A model generated the notes under the pieces. That model was not told the origin of the DNA. It did no database searches and was given only the letters and a program-made list of their open reading frames with translations. This document shows positions 63,215-64,000 of a stretch of DNA of 64,000 bases, piece after piece. The DNA comes from an uncultured Halobacteriales archaeon (GTDB taxonomy: Archaea > Halobacteriota > Halobacteria > Halobacteriales > Hikarchaeaceae), in assembly GCA_964554565.1 (NCBI GenBank), contig CAZKPC010000002.1:14175-78174 (forward strand). Reading direction: 5' to 3'. Made by a program: the position numbers and the translations under genes. The stretch's first letter is position 1; each line of letters starts with the position of its first letter.

Positions 63215-64000
63215 ATGCCGGAACACCTCGCTACGACGCCGGGCCTGTTTCCGCTGCCCGATTGGGCCAAGGAGTCGCTGTCCGACCTCAAAGGCCACCA
63301 GAAACATGACCTCATCAGCGGGGACGAACCAGCGGCTGTCGAGGAGGAATACCACGCCGCCAGGGAGGAGGTCATCGAAACCCAGGGTGAGGCCGGCCTG
63401 GACCGCGTCGTGGAGGGACAACTGCGGTGGGACGACATGCTGGCCCATCCGCTCGCGGTCAACGACGCCGTAGAGACCCGCGGGATCGTCCGCTACTACG
63501 ACAACAACAACTTCTACCGCGATCCGGTCGTTGTGGACGAGCTCGAGCCGAGCGGCGATGTCGCGGCCGAGCTCGGGGCCGCGGCCGAGCTGACGTCGAA
63601 AACGGTTCAGGCGGTCCTGCCGGGCCCGTACTCGCTTGCCGACTTAGCCACCAACGAGCACTACGCCGACGTACCGGCGTTCCTGTCGGCCATCGGCGGA
63701 TTTCTCAAAGCGGAAACGGAGGCGATCGAGGCCGCCGAGACGCTCTTCCTGCTCGAGCCGTCGTTGGTCACGAACCCGCCCGGCGAGGATCTCAGGCCGG
63801 GCGCGGTCTCGGCGATCGAGGCGGTGGCCGAAGCCTTCCCCGGGGAGGTCGTGGTCCACGCGTACTGGGGAGCCTACGACCCGGCCACCCACGCGGCGCT
63901 GCTCGAGTCAGGGATCGATGCCATCGGCTACGACCTGGTGTCGGCCCCTGACGCCACCACCGAACTGATCAGCGAACACGGCACGCTGGACCGCGTCGCC
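63215..64000 (+). CDS. cobalamin-independent methionine synthase family protein (MetE-like); 3' end runs off the window
   Basis: Own translation: MPEHLATTPGLFPLPDWAKESLSDLKGHQKHDLISGDEPAAVEEEYHAAREEVIETQGEAGLDRVVEGQLRWDDMLAHPL...RYYDNNNFYR... It stays open for 262 codons to the window end, so it is absent from the ORF track. Confidence 0.75.
   Translation, partial: MPEHLATTPGLFPLPDWAKESLSDLKGHQKHDLISGDEPAAVEEEYHAAREEVIETQGEAGLDRVVEGQLRWDDMLAHPLAVNDAVETRGIVRYYDNNNFYRDPVVVDELEPSGDVAAELGAAAELTSKTVQAVLPGPYSLADLATNEHYADVPAFLSAIGGFLKAETEAIEAAETLFLLEPSLVTNPPGEDLRPGAVSAIEAVAEAFPGEVVVHAYWGAYDPATHAALLESGIDAIGYDLVSAPDATTELISEHGTLDRVA

Noticed and set aside
1-64000. CRISPR arrays, rRNA genes and tRNA genes
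   Set aside because: I found no regularly spaced direct repeats and no rRNA-like stretches anywhere. No cloverleaf-compatible sequence turned up in any intergenic region I read. Two T-loop-like strings (ttcgaatcc near 32833, gggttcaatcg near 41832) lack complementary T-stems and acceptor arms.

Overview
This is a high-GC chromosomal segment that I infer comes from a haloarchaeon (class Halobacteria). The evidence is strongly acidic predicted proteins, G/C-rich third codon positions, archaea-specific genes (RNA polymerase subunits L and F, ribosomal protein L21e, EF-1beta, Dph2, GatC/GatA, an HVO_2753-type zinc-finger protein) and AT-rich TATA boxes about 25-35 nt upstream of ATGs, which is leaderless-type spacing. 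I support about 80 CDS, including several under 60 aa that are missing from the ORF track. I saw no rRNA, tRNA or CRISPR array. Most of the window is ordinary housekeeping: purA, gatCA, hisF, dph2, pncB, thioredoxin, the L21e-rpoF-DUF655-ksgA cluster, a thiolase/DUF35 pair, and a translationally coupled paaA-paaD'-paaB-paaC-Zn-ribbon operon. The accessory-looking part runs from about 38.9 to 52.5 kb. It starts with an AT-rich island remnant holding an intact tyrosine integrase, an RHH/wHTH gene and a decayed GNAT pseudogene. Next to it is a densely packed cluster: a GT2 polyprenol-phosphate-sugar-synthase-like gene, and on the opposite strand a GT75 (plant RGP / UDP-arabinopyranose-mutase-like) gene, an Fe(III)-type ABC transporter whose ATPase gene is separated from the binding-protein and permease genes, a 712-aa PMT/ArnT-like GT-C glycosyltransferase, and a Tat-exported two-subunit GMC flavodehydrogenase. 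A striking 51-bp composite palindrome precedes this run. I consider this cluster the best candidate for an undescribed system, possibly lipid-linked-sugar-dependent protein or envelope glycosylation. The second candidate is an HxlR regulator with a Cys-rich tail, divergently paired with an unannotated 52-aa Cys-rich ORF. All functional calls come from reading translations and motif memory. No database search was run.
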